Below are positions 10,017 to 20,773 of a DNA stretch of 64,000 nt, piece after piece. The DNA is taken from NCBI GenBank assembly GCA_963758915.1, contig CAVWXH010000016.1:160001-224000 (forward strand), given 5' to 3'. The notes below the pieces were generated by a model that saw only the letters and a program-made list of their open reading frames with translations, searched no databases and was not told the DNA's origin. The stretch's first letter is position 1. The number at the start of each line of letters is the position of its first letter. This DNA is from an uncultured Methanomicrobiales archaeon. GTDB taxonomy: Archaea; Halobacteriota; Methanomicrobia; Methanomicrobiales; Methanospirillaceae. The translations under genes were made by a program, and so were the position numbers.

Positions 10017-11003
10017 TTACCGAGCAAGCGGCATGCACCAGGGCATTTCCTGCGAGAGGACAAGCTCCCACTCCTCCCTGCAGGGGCACTCCTGATTGGA
10101 AACAGCTTTTATTACAGACCGATCGCCAGACAGTGAGTAAAATTTTATTGCTTCAATAATATCCCTGTCACATTCACCACAGTTATGGGCCCCGCGTGAT
10201 TGCCCACCCCCGAGCGGATCACAGAGTACTTCCATTGGTGCGGTTGCAAGTACATCGGCTACACTCCAGAGGTATGGCGGGCGATAGGCCCCCTGTTTCC
10301 AATACCGTTCCATATCAGTACCCCTCTGGACTGAGCAGGTGTTCATCGAGACAATATCCGCGATGCCCGAAAGGTCGGTCAACGACTGCTTCATATCTGA
10401 CACTGCCTCTTTTTCTGTCAGGAAAAGGGGTTTCATCAGGAGGTATGCTTTTATTCCGACCCCTGCCTTTCTTGCGGCCCTGACTGCCTGGTTAAAATCT
10501 TCAGACGAAAAACCCTTGTCGATGGACTTTTCCCGGATGCGGTCGTTCGTTGTTTCAAGTCCTATGGCGACATAGAGCGGTTTTGCATTTGTCCCATCAT
10601 CGATACGCGCTATGAAATCTTCTAGAATGTCTTCATTTACGTATTCAGGCCGTGTTTCTGCGATAATAATTTTACCCCTGAATAAGGTCCCCGCTTCTTC
10701 AAGCACGGCATACGGGACTTCGTCGGGATCAAAGAAGCTACCGGAAGTATAGAGTTTTACGATTTCAACGTCTTTTATCTGAATAGTAGTTGCAACAAAC
10801 CGGAGTTGCCGGATGAGGCGGCCCGCAAGCTCTTCTTTTGATAGTCCCACATACCGTTCATGGCGGTAACTGCACATCAGGCAACGGTTCCAGGAACACC
10901 CCCCGGACTTTAAAATTATGGTGAGTGTTTTTTGTTCCCGGCTTTCATGTCGATCGGTCCCCTGCCAGAAGGCAAGTGGCTTTTCCTCCTCATTAGCAAG
11001 CAT
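10017..11003 (-). CDS. Archaeosine biosynthesis radical SAM protein RaSEA (TIGR01210-like)
   Basis: GCSWNRCLMC, TSGSFFD, ETRPE, GLET, YRPPYLWS, RGAHNCGECD. Confidence 0.87.
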   Translation of the reverse strand: MLANEEEKPLAFWQGTDRHESREQKTLTIILKSGGCSWNRCLMCSYRHERYVGLSKEELAGRLIRQLRFVATTIQIKDVEIVKLYTSGSFFDPDEVPYAVLEEAGTLFRGKIIIAETRPEYVNEDILEDFIARIDDGTNAKPLYVAIGLETTNDRIREKSIDKGFSSEDFNQAVRAARKAGVGIKAYLLMKPLFLTEKEAVSDMKQSLTDLSGIADIVSMNTCSVQRGTDMERYWKQGAYRPPYLWSVADVLATAPMEVLCDPLGGGQSRGAHNCGECDRDIIEAIKFYSLSGDRSVIKAVSNQECPCREEWELVLSQEMPWCMPLAR

Positions 11004-11028
11004 TAACAGCTTACTAGTTGAACGTTAT

Positions 11029-12147
11029 ATGATGAAAAAGATCCTCATCTTCGCAATATTCTGCTTTCTCCTTACCGGGGTTGCATCCGCATATGAAATA
11101 CGGATTGATGCACCCCAGACCCTTAGATTAGGCGAGATTATTGTGGTGAACGGGACGACGAACCTTCCCGCCGGGGTTACATTTGATATCATGCTCACTC
11201 GTTCAGAATACACAAGTGAGTCAAAAGCAACCAAGCACGTGACAGTCCAGGGGGACAAGAATTTTACCGTCGAATTTCCCACCGCCGGCTATACACGGGG
11301 TATCTATAAAGTCGAGATATTACCTGCAGGGGAGTTCCGGTACCTGGGGAATTCTATCACGATGAGGGTTGTGACACTTGTTGACCGGTCCGACGAAGTC
11401 AAGATAACCTCATTGCCAAGACAATACCTGAACGGGGTGCTCCATCTGACAGGTACTGCAAATAGTGTCAGGAACGATGCTATCGAGGTGCAGGTTGATA
11501 ATCCGGACGGGAGCCTGCTCTTCGGCCCGTCATTCGTCCCTACCAATCTTGACGGGCAGTTCTCAAAAGATTTCATTATAGAAAAAACCGGTATCTACCA
11601 GGTCAAAATCAGCGACCGGAAAGGGTATATCGGCACCTACAATATCAGCGTCCTTGACCAGGACATCAGTACCGTTCCGGTAGTCACCTCCCCTCCAGTT
11701 AGCCAGACTCCTGATACCACGTTGCCCATCCAGTCTGCATCGATGTTTTCGACCCGTGATCAACCTGCTTATTTTTCGGTTGCAACCAAACAGGGGCCCT
11801 TGAAAGTGTATACCTCTACAGGTACTGACTGGGTCATCGAGTACACTGACCTGTCAGGGCAGCGGGTGAAAACAAATACCAAAGGGCCCGGATTCCCTGA
11901 GGATGTCATAATCCAGGGTAACGGGGGGATCCAATATTTCATGGTATACCCGAATAAATATTCAGACCAGGCAAACGTCACCCTGTTTGCAGAGAATGTA
12001 AACAGTATCACGGGAAGCCTTGTCCAGCCCCCGGGTTTTGTTTCTGCCACCACGGTGCCGCCGGCCTCCACAACAAAAGCAACATTTCCGGCTATAATTG
12101 TTATCATTTCCATCGTCCTGGTCGCTCTCCTATGGCAGAGAAGATAA
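11029..12147 (+). CDS. Exported beta-rich cell-surface protein with C-terminal membrane anchor
   Basis: Signal peptide, Thr/Pro-rich linkers, C-terminal TTKATFP + TM helix + RR. Confidence 0.8.
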   Translation: MMKKILIFAIFCFLLTGVASAYEIRIDAPQTLRLGEIIVVNGTTNLPAGVTFDIMLTRSEYTSESKATKHVTVQGDKNFTVEFPTAGYTRGIYKVEILPAGEFRYLGNSITMRVVTLVDRSDEVKITSLPRQYLNGVLHLTGTANSVRNDAIEVQVDNPDGSLLFGPSFVPTNLDGQFSKDFIIEKTGIYQVKISDRKGYIGTYNISVLDQDISTVPVVTSPPVSQTPDTTLPIQSASMFSTRDQPAYFSVATKQGPLKVYTSTGTDWVIEYTDLSGQRVKTNTKGPGFPEDVIIQGNGGIQYFMVYPNKYSDQANVTLFAENVNSITGSLVQPPGFVSATTVPPASTTKATFPAIIVIISIVLVALLWQRR

Positions 12148-12284
12148 TTCTTCTTTCACCGGCATGATAGAATCCGCCGTTATTCTTTCGCTGGCAGGTA
12201 TGAAACAAATGGTCAATTCATCTCTACCCCGTCCCCGTCATTTGGATACCTTTTTTACACCGAATCCCCAATAGTATTGAGCGG

Positions 12285-12369
12285 GCCGAGGTAGTCTAGT
12301 CCGGAAAGGCGGTGGCCTTGAAAGCCACTGGTGCCTGGCACCTCAAGAGTTCAAATCTCTTCCTCGGCG
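12285..12369 (+). tRNA. tRNA-Ser (anticodon TGA)
   Basis: Acceptor GCCGAGG/CCTCGGC, anticodon arm GTGGC-CT-TGA-AA-GCCAC, long variable arm, GTTCAAATC T-loop. Confidence 0.95.
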
Positions 12370-12410
12370 TTCTGATAAAAACTCTGAAGATTTTTTCGAT
12401 TTTAGGCCCT

Positions 12411-12601
12411 GTTAAAAGCACTGCGTGTCAGGAAAAATGCAGGGAAAAGAAGTAGACATGAAGTGGTTTCACCCATAACCTGCCCCACCCCCGATAAGGT
12501 ATCCTTTGGGCAGTGTTTCCAGATGTTCATACATTTCCGGGTAAGGAGGGCACACGCTATCCAGGCAGGGGTCGCCATAGCGGCTGGGCGGAGCCCCGCG
12601 A
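12411..12601 (+). repeat. Dispersed intergenic repeat, copy 2
   Basis: GGTTTCACC, TATCCTTTGGGC and GCTATCCAGGCAGGGGTCGCCATAGCGGCTGGG, matching GCTATCCGGGCAGGACCGCCAAAGCGGCTGGG at about 28263. Confidence 0.75.
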
Positions 12602-12716
12602 ACGCCAGTAAATCTTGGAATACCCCAGTCACCCAGAGAGATTTGAGAGCATGTCAAACCAATCCCGGTTTTCGTAAATCGCTGAAGTGTACTTAAAATA
12701 AATATGAATTAGCTGG

Positions 12717-13640
12717 TTATTCATTAACAACTTCCCAACCTGCCCCTCCTTTCTGTTTAAGGGAGACACTTGTATAATATGGCGGATACCTGACGATCCC
12801 TTCCTCCCGCACCGGGTCATGGATAACAATATCCCCATTATCCATGCGACTGGCAATCGTGAAGCATGAGTGGTACCTTACCCTCCTGACTGCAGGGATA
12901 TCAGAAATCAGGCCTATATCCTCCTGGGTTACTCCACTGAGTGCAGGCCAGGTCCTGTTTCCTGACTCATACCCGGTCATGAGGTTCACCAATTTCAGAG
13001 ACCATAAATCCTTGTATTTCTCAATTTCCAGCCAGATAAGCGGATTTATTGTTGGAAATGTCATCCCGTTCATTCTTTTCATGGCTGCAATCCGGATAGT
13101 TATACTTATGGCGAGATAGACCAGGAACAGGACCCCATAGACTATGAGTCCCGGGATCCGGATGATTCCTGCAATAAAAAGGATCAAAAAGGCAAGGCTG
13201 ATAGCAATCATGACAGCGCTTGGTCCTGCAAAGACCCCGCAAGTATATTTGGTCTCTTTCCATGGCCAGAGCAGGGGAATACCCGGGCTGGCGAGGAAAT
13301 CAAGAGCAATATGCAACAGGGCCCCTGCAATCACCACGGTGATTCCTGCCAGAGTAACGGTGAAGGGGAGCGTGAAATCCCAAAAAAAAGACACACCGGC
13401 AAGGACGAGTAAGTACACTGTTCCATAGGCTATTACTGCCATTCCCGCCGCCCCGGCAATACTGTGTGCTGCGCCACCGTGTGTGAATATATACAACGGA
13501 GGCCGTTTTGAAGATACAAGGTGGAAGATCAGATCGGCATCAGGTATAACAGCTCCGAGGATTCCAAAAGGGATCAGTTCGGGTGCCCCGATTGCGGTGA
13601 GCAGGGAGGCAACCAGCAGTGCATGCGTGATACTGTCCAC
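12717..13640 (-). CDS. Membrane-bound metal-dependent hydrolase (YdjM-like)
   Basis: MDSITH, PDAD, THGGAAHS, HIALD metal-binding motifs with TM helices. Confidence 0.85.
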   Translation of the reverse strand: MDSITHALLVASLLTAIGAPELIPFGILGAVIPDADLIFHLVSSKRPPLYIFTHGGAAHSIAGAAGMAVIAYGTVYLLVLAGVSFFWDFTLPFTVTLAGITVVIAGALLHIALDFLASPGIPLLWPWKETKYTCGVFAGPSAVMIAISLAFLILFIAGIIRIPGLIVYGVLFLVYLAISITIRIAAMKRMNGMTFPTINPLIWLEIEKYKDLWSLKLVNLMTGYESGNRTWPALSGVTQEDIGLISDIPAVRRVRYHSCFTIASRMDNGDIVIHDPVREEGIVRYPPYYTSVSLKQKGGAGWEVVNE

Positions 13641-13947
13641 GGATCATAAGTTATACCCTTGTTTATTAATCATAGACTGTTAAACCCGGGATTCATTATA
13701 AAAATTCAATAAATCCTGGGTATTACAGGTATAACCCCTAAAAACAGCCAGCCGGTTTTGAATTGAATGGATACGTGACCATTTCGTCTCTGCCTGAATC
13801 AGGAAAATTCATTTGGCAGATCATCGGTTATTCATTGCCGGATAGTATTTGAAACTGAGAATAGCGTGCCGTAACTTTTTTGGTATACGATCCCAATTTT
13901 TTTATTTCCTGAATGCTGAACAGTACGTAGATAAACGGAGTACTATC

Positions 13948-14190
13948 GTGTGTATTGCAATTCCCGCTGAAGTAATTGAAATTAAGGAAGGAAATATCGG
14001 TGTCGTAGATTTTGGTGACTTACAACAGGAGATACGTCTAGACCTGGTCGATGTTGAGGTCGGGGAATTTGTTCTGATTCACGTAGGTTTCGCGATACAA
14101 AAAATGTCACGGGAAGAAGGACTCGAGACACGCAACCTGTTCCGCGAAGTGTACTCAGCCATGGAGCAGAAACCCCCGGTAACCCTGTAA
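13948..14190 (+). CDS. hypC: Hydrogenase maturation chaperone HypC/HupF
   Basis: GTG start gives M-C-I-A-I-P; VLIHVGFA motif; GGAG RBS. Confidence 0.93.
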   Translation: MCIAIPAEVIEIKEGNIGVVDFGDLQQEIRLDLVDVEVGEFVLIHVGFAIQKMSREEGLETRNLFREVYSAMEQKPPVTL

Positions 14191-14432
14191 TCCCGTTTTT
14201 TTCTCCATTGTATCGTGCGATGCTTTTTTTTGATATTTCCTGTATGTATCCGGGTACAGGAGGGCAGGAAAAAACTACCGCTACTTCGGCTCAGGTGAGA
14301 CCTGGTATCCATTCGATGAATAATTGCCAGTGCCGGTTGAACGCTAGACTAATATAGATGGGGTAAATATAGGAAAGAGAAAACACCATCTATCATCAGT
14401 ACTTTTTCCCCGGGATTTCCAGGGTGTAAAAA

Positions 14433-16377
14433 ATGGCAGGGAAATCAGGAATAATCTTTGAACTTGGCGAGAGCGGCCTTCTTTTACCTGAGATGGTTAA
14501 TGCCGGGCTGACCGCAAACGACCAGGTAAAATATTTTTTCACCCTTCTCCAGACAGCACAGGTACATTCTGATCATCCGGACCTTGAATGTGTAAACCTT
14601 TCGAGGGAACGTGAAGCCGCCGGTATCGAATCTGACATCTTTGACCATGTCGTTTCAGGAGCTAAAAAGACCGGGCCCCTGTTGTACCAGGTACCGGAAC
14701 TCGTTTCTATTCTTACCGGGATTAGACGTTGTTTCCACGTGATGCAGCTCCCTGTTGCCAAGAACGGCCTCCCGGAAGCGGAAGACTTTGATGAAAGGAT
14801 GAAAAAGCTCCTGGATGAATTGCCCGACTCTCACGAGGATGTTATAAGCGGCAGGGTGATTGAGGACATTACCCGGGGTGACCCAGAGGGACCGGACAGC
14901 CTGCATCTCCTCCTGATGGACATGCATAAGTCGTTAAACAATCTGCAGAAACTGATATCCACTGAAAATATCGCCGGTGCAATGACCTATAACCTCCAGG
15001 AGCAGGATAAATGTCTTATCCTGGCATTTATGTCGGGAGTCAACCGGACATCACCGCTGAAATTCGATCACCCCGGCCTTGGTACAACGGCCACGAGGAC
15101 AAATGGCAGGCTGGTACTCCAGAATGACATCGGGTTAACTGATGCGCACGTCCTTGTCATCCATGTTGAACAAACGCAGATCAATATCACCTATACCGAT
15201 ATCCATATGCCCCGCCTGCAGTTTTTCCAGGGGCTTTTTGATTCCTGGAACATGACCTGGGAAGACACACGCTCGAGAAAAGGCGATGCATCCTTCGAAA
15301 AAAGGCTATTCCACCTTTCGAATGGAAGTTACCATACGAAGGACGAGGAAGAACAGAGGAAATTTCTGGAATTTCTTGGGTCGAGAATAGTTTTCCTGAT
15401 CGACTGGAACCGGGCGAGAAAGCGGTTACGGAGTTTCCTGCCAAATAAAGACTGTGTCACCGTGCTCAGGTGGTCAGCTGAACATGAAGTCGGGCATGTC
15501 GGGTTCCTCCAGCTCGGTGGAGAAAAGCTGATCTATGACGGGCTTGAAATGGCAGCAAGGATCCCGCTACGATATGGCGAGCCCCTGTACCAGATACTTG
15601 GGAGGGAGAAGACCATTGAGTATTTCCAGTGGGTTTTTAACGCAGCAGCGAAAGGCCTGCTGGCAAATCACTCCAGGTTACTCATCCAGGACGAAATTAA
15701 AGCTCGAATTACTCAGGTACTTCCATTCTGCGCACGAGAACCTGATGGAAATCTGCGAACAGCACGCAACCCTGACGGTTGAAGTCGCCATGGTCGTCAG
15801 GGACGCACTCCTTCATATACAGAGAAAGGAAAACAGCCAGTTTATCGAGAGGACTGCAAGGCGCGCAAAAATCTGGGAGAGCGAGGCGGACAACCTCGTC
15901 TCAAAAGTCCGGTCGCTTTCACTCCGCTTCGAAGCTGCACGGGAATATACCGAGCTGATAAACGTGGCAGATGATGCCCTCGATTTTCTTGAAGAGGCAA
16001 GTTTTTTCACGACCCTTGTCCCAAGGAGCACCCATTCTGAAAAGATGTTACAGGAACTTGTCATGCTAGGGGAAATTGCTGTAAAAGGGAGCCAGGGATA
16101 TCTGAAAGCGGTGATTGCATCCCAGTACGTGCATAAAGGATACAGCCGGGAGGAGATGCAGGACTTCATCCGGGCCATCGATAGTGTGATCAGCATGGAA
16201 CGTGAAGCAGACGAGGTACTCAGGACTACCGAGAGGGTGATCCTTGCTGAAACGACTGATTACAAAGAATTACTGGTATTCTTTGAAATCGCACGAATTA
16301 TTGAGGATTCAACGAATTCCCTGATGAAAGCCGCTTTCGTATTGAGGAACAATATCCTCGAGAGTCTGAACTGGTAA
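14433..16377 (+). CDS. Large protein with an unknown N-terminal domain and a C-terminal DUF47/PhoU-like helical domain; frameshifted near 15699-15701
   Basis: Removing one A joins ORFs 14433 and 15535 (IQDEIKLELLRYF; 647 aa); twin ExxAD motifs (ESEAD, EREAD) typical of DUF47. Confidence 0.72.
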
Positions 16378-16379
16378 TT

Positions 16380-17981
16380 ATGACAAATGACTTATCGCCG
16401 CGTATTGTCTTTTTCGGGCCCGGGGTGCGGGCAGAGATACCTCCTGAAGACTTTGGTAATAAGGCCGCAGGCCTTGGGACGATGTCCTCACTTGGTATGC
16501 CTATTCCCCCAGGTTTTGCATTAAATGTTTCAATCTGTGAAGATTATTATAAAAACGGGATGAAGGTCCCGTCTTCTCTCCCGGACCTCCTCCAGGAAGG
16601 GATCTCTTACCTTGAACATGCTACCGGTCTCCAGTATGGCAGCGGGCGGAAACCTCTCCTTGTTTCTGTACGGTCGGGGGCGCAGGTATCGATGCCCGGT
16701 ATTATGGACACCATTCTTAATGTCGGGCTGAACCATGAAACGATACGGGGAATGACTTTTCTGACCGGGAATCCCAGGTTTGCCTGGGACTCCTACCGCC
16801 GGCTCTTCGAGAACATGGCCGAGATCGTTTTCCGCCAGAACCCACACGATTACAGGGCCCTTTTATCAGAAATAATGGAGGCGGAAGGAATAACTGACGT
16901 GGTTGAAATGGACTCAGCCAGCCTTAAGAAACTGGCCATTCAATACCAGCGATTGTTTTTTTCTATTGAAAACTCCGATTTCCCGGAAGATGTGAAAACA
17001 CAGCTCCTGATCTCTTCAATTGCCGTGCTTCGTTCATGGACAAATCCAAGGGCTGATTCGTTCCGAAGGATGCACCCGGTACATAGCCTTCGTGGTACCG
17101 CCATCACCATACAGGCAATGGTATTTGGCAATATGGGGCTGAATTCAGGTGCCGGAGTTGTGTTTTCCCGGAACCCCTGGAGCGGAGAGAATGAACCTGT
17201 CATTGATTTTAAGTTCGGTGCACAGGGGGAGGATGTTGTATCCGGGAACCAGTCTGCCACCACGCAGGGCGAGTTAAAAAAATCAATGCCTTCTGTTTAC
17301 GAGGACCTGAGGCAGATAGGGAGAACGGTTGAATCGCATTTTCATGATATGCAGGACATGGAGTTTACGGTACAGGAAGGGAAACTCTATATCCTGCAGA
17401 CCCGAAACGGGAAACGTTCCCCCCTGTCTGCAATCAGGATCGCTGTTGATTTGTGGCGGGAAGGGATAATCACGCCCGAAGTCGCGTTATCACAGTTAGA
17501 TGGCCTCGATCTCGAATCGATCAAAGTCCGCTTTGTTTCCACTATGGACTACCCGATTGCGACCGGTACCTCGGCATCCGGAGGTGTGGCGAGCGGCATC
17601 ATGGTATTTACACCTGAACGGGCGTTACAGGAATCCCCGTCAGGACCTGTAATCCTTGTCAGGGAGACTGCATCAACGGATGATATCGAGGGGATACGGG
17701 TCGCTTCGGGGTTACTGACAGCGAAAGGAGCACGGACATCGCATGCGGCAGTAGTTGCCCGACACATGGGGAAGGTCTGCATCGTGAATTGTTCCGGCCT
17801 GGAGATTGACCTCTCCTCCAACAAATGTCACCTGGGTGGTCAGGTACTCCGGGAAGGGGATACTATTTCACTGGATGGGAATTCCGGTTCGGTATATACG
17901 GGGATTGTCGGCACCACCTATGAAAAACCGAGGGAGTTGCTGGATATTGTCCATGGATGGAAAAACATCCCGTCCGGATGA
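16380..17981 (+). CDS. Pyruvate phosphate dikinase-like protein lacking the C-terminal pyruvate-binding domain
   Basis: GNKA, VSVRSGA..SMPG.MDT.LN, QGEDVVSG, DMEF, LQTR and phospho-His motif TSHAAVVAR; ends at 533 aa. Confidence 0.88.
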   Translation: MTNDLSPRIVFFGPGVRAEIPPEDFGNKAAGLGTMSSLGMPIPPGFALNVSICEDYYKNGMKVPSSLPDLLQEGISYLEHATGLQYGSGRKPLLVSVRSGAQVSMPGIMDTILNVGLNHETIRGMTFLTGNPRFAWDSYRRLFENMAEIVFRQNPHDYRALLSEIMEAEGITDVVEMDSASLKKLAIQYQRLFFSIENSDFPEDVKTQLLISSIAVLRSWTNPRADSFRRMHPVHSLRGTAITIQAMVFGNMGLNSGAGVVFSRNPWSGENEPVIDFKFGAQGEDVVSGNQSATTQGELKKSMPSVYEDLRQIGRTVESHFHDMQDMEFTVQEGKLYILQTRNGKRSPLSAIRIAVDLWREGIITPEVALSQLDGLDLESIKVRFVSTMDYPIATGTSASGGVASGIMVFTPERALQESPSGPVILVRETASTDDIEGIRVASGLLTAKGARTSHAAVVARHMGKVCIVNCSGLEIDLSSNKCHLGGQVLREGDTISLDGNSGSVYTGIVGTTYEKPRELLDIVHGWKNIPSG

Positions 17982-18251
17982 CGAAACGGCGGGTTACCAT
18001 TAACCGGTGAAAACTGGGATGTCTTTCCCCATTTGCACTGATGTCAGATCAGTAATTGTCTGATTACGGTTCAGCCAGCTGTGGAAAACCCAGCACATAA
18101 AGGTGCCCGGGTATTTCTATTTCAATGCGGTAACCCTGGTTCCTGACTGTTACGGAGAACAGTTATCGATTTGTATGCAATTGCTGAAATCCGGACTTAT
18201 TAAAACGAAACCCAGTATATTTAATCTAACAAGAAGAATGGGTGTCTACAG

Positions 18252-20112
18252 GTGATTCTTACGAAACTATCGCATCTTGTAATTCTTACCATTATCCTCG
18301 GGATGATGACAACCGGTTTTGTATCAGCTGAAATTCTGCCAGTTGAAAATATTGGTGGTGGAAAGGGATATTATGATATTTCGTCTAATCCGGAAGGTGG
18401 GACTGTCATCTTTGACGGGAAAAACAAGGGGATTACCCCCGTTACCGTTGAAGTGAGTACCTCAGGGACACCCGGGCATACGATCAGCATCTCCAAAGAA
18501 GGGTACCGGACATGGAGCTCGAATCAGCCCGGTAACCCATTCGAGGGCGAAACTATCAGTATTAATGCCGATCTTCTGTTTATTCCCGTTACTGAACCGA
18601 CCACCCTGCCCCCGACTACGATAATTGGCGGAGGAAAGGGGTATTATGATATTTCGTCTAACCCGGAAGGCGGGACTGTCATCTTTGACGGGAAAAACAA
18701 GGGGATTACCCCCGTTACCGTTGAAGTGAGTACCTCAGGGACACCCGGGCATACGATCAGCATCTCCAAAGAAGGGTACCGGACATGGAGCTCGAATCAG
18801 CCCGGTAACCCATTCGAGGGCGAAACCGTGCATGTTGATGCAGACCTCGTGTTTATACCGATAACTCTTCCTCCGACACCAATAGGGGGCGAGAAGGGGT
18901 ATTATTATGTTATGTCCAGCCCCAGTGGCGCAGCTGTCAGCCTTGACGGGACGAACCAGGGAACAACCCCCATAAATCTTGAGGTAAGTTCCACCGGCAC
19001 GCCTGGCCATACCATCGGTGTCGCGATGCCCGGTTACCAGTCCTGGAGCCAGTATTACCCCGGAAACCCACCGGCAGGATCGACGGTAACGGTTAATGCA
19101 GTGTTATCCCCCATGTACCAGAATGGTAATATCCAGGTGATGTCTTCGCCTTCGGGTGCATATGCGGTACTCGACAACGGTCAGAACTCGATGGTCACAC
19201 CCGGGACTTTTTCTTCGGTTTCCGCCGGGTGGCATAACGTAAGGGTAACAAAAACCGGGTATTACCCCTATTCACAAGATGTCCAGGTAAATGCGGGAGG
19301 CACAAGACTCGGTGTCAGCCAACCTTGTCCAGATCTCACAACAGGGGAGTATATCAATCAGCTCAACCCCGAACGGGGCGGGTATCTACGTCGACACAAT
19401 TTACCAGGGAGAAACGAACCAGATTGTCGGCAATCTTGCAACCGGATCCCATACCGTAACCCTCAAAAAAGCAGGGTACCAGACCTGGTCTTCGCAGTAT
19501 TCTGTATATTCCGGTCAGACTACGTATGTAACCGCCCAGCTCGCACCGGTCTTGAACCCGTCCACCGGGGACCTCCTTGTTCTTTCGTCCCCCTCGGGTG
19601 CGGCAGTATATGTTGATGGTGACTACCAGGGTTCCACGTCACCGGGAAGCCCCCTGGATGTTGTGTCACTGTCACAAGGGACTCACACCGTTGTATTGAA
19701 AAAATCCGGGTACCAGGACTATACGACCACGGCGAATATTCGTGCAGGACAAACGGTACAGGTATCGGCAACACTTGTACCCTCGGGGCAACCCGCCACC
19801 ACGGCGAGTGTTCAGATTACGTCAGACCCAAGCGGGGCAGATGTACTCATCAATAATGGTTACATGGGCATTACGCCATTAACCGCCCAGAACGTGCAAC
19901 CCGGTTCGTCCACTATCACAATTACGCTGGCGGGATACAATCCGTATTCAAGCACGCTGCAGATTACTTCCGGCCAGGCACTGCAGGTAAATGCGGCACT
20001 GTCACCCGTTGCAACACCCACGAAGAAAGCCCCGGTAAGTCCGTTCTTGGCGATCCTGGCAGTAGCAATTATTGGTACAATTGCGATGGTTAGGTTCAGA
20101 CCAAAAATGTGA
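18252..20112 (+). CDS. PEGA-domain cell-surface protein; frameshifted near 19304
   Basis: Signal peptide, about 7 SSxPxGA..DG...GxTP PEGA repeats, C-terminal KKAPVSP + TM + basic tail; a one-base fix gives 619 aa. Confidence 0.88.
18354..18826 (+). repeat. Intragenic direct repeat (18354-18553 and 18627-18826; offset 273 bp)
   Basis: 18399-18553 appears identical to 18672-18826. Confidence 0.92.
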
Positions 20113-20140
20113 TGAAACCGCGTACCTGATCAATCGGTTT

Positions 20141-20326
20141 TATTGAAACCTTCAGATGTATAAAAAAATGAGGGAATATGTTGGCCGGAGGGGTTTCATC
20201 CCTTCCCTGCCCTATTCAGATACTCCGGGCAGGGGTTTAATCAATTTTTTTACCAGTCCATTCCGTTCTGAAATATGTTCTCTCTCCCAACCGGGGTTGC
20301 CTGAGCGGCGTGGCGGTGCCCAGGGA
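20141..20326 (+). repeat. Dispersed intergenic repeat, copy 3
   Basis: TATTGAAACC, GGAGGGGGTTTCA, GATACTCCGGGCAGGGGTTT, CCCAACCGGGGTT blocks. Confidence 0.75.
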
Positions 20327-20535
20327 GTATAACTAAATTTTGGAATTACTTACCCTGCATAATAGATTTAAGAGGGTTTCCCATGAAAGTGCCCGAACGG
20401 TCAGCAATATGAAGAAATTTTGAACGTGGCATTTTCATAGCCCGGGTGTGAACTTCCCGTTCATGTGTGTTTCAACAAAACCTTTCATTCTTCTTTTTCC
20501 TGGCTAAAAGACCCGATTAAAAGAAAAATCGGCAA

Positions 20536-20660
20536 TATTGAAACCCTTCGGTGTTATAAAAAAAGAGGGAAATATGAAAACGGGACCGATACTCCCGGGC
20601 AGGGGTTTCCCGAAGACTCATTAAATTAAGAGTATAGGGGGATAGTCTCTATCCCAACCG
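20536..20660 (+). repeat. Dispersed intergenic repeat, copy 4 (internally deleted)
   Basis: TATTGAAACCC, TATAAAAAAAGAGGG, GATACTCCCGGGCAGGGGTTT, CTATCCCAACCGG match copy 3. Confidence 0.72.
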
Positions 20661-20773
20661 GAACCGGGACCGGTCAGGCAGAAATGTCTGTCCCCGCGTT
20701 CCTTAATCCTGCCTTTCAAATAATATACTATATATCAGATTAACCGAAATTGGGAATATGCTGTGAAATACCC

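Noticed and set aside
17982-18251. Missing PPDK pyruvate-binding domain continuing after a frameshift or read-through stop
   Set aside because: The 270-nt gap before the PEGA gene is too short for that domain and shows no matching ORF
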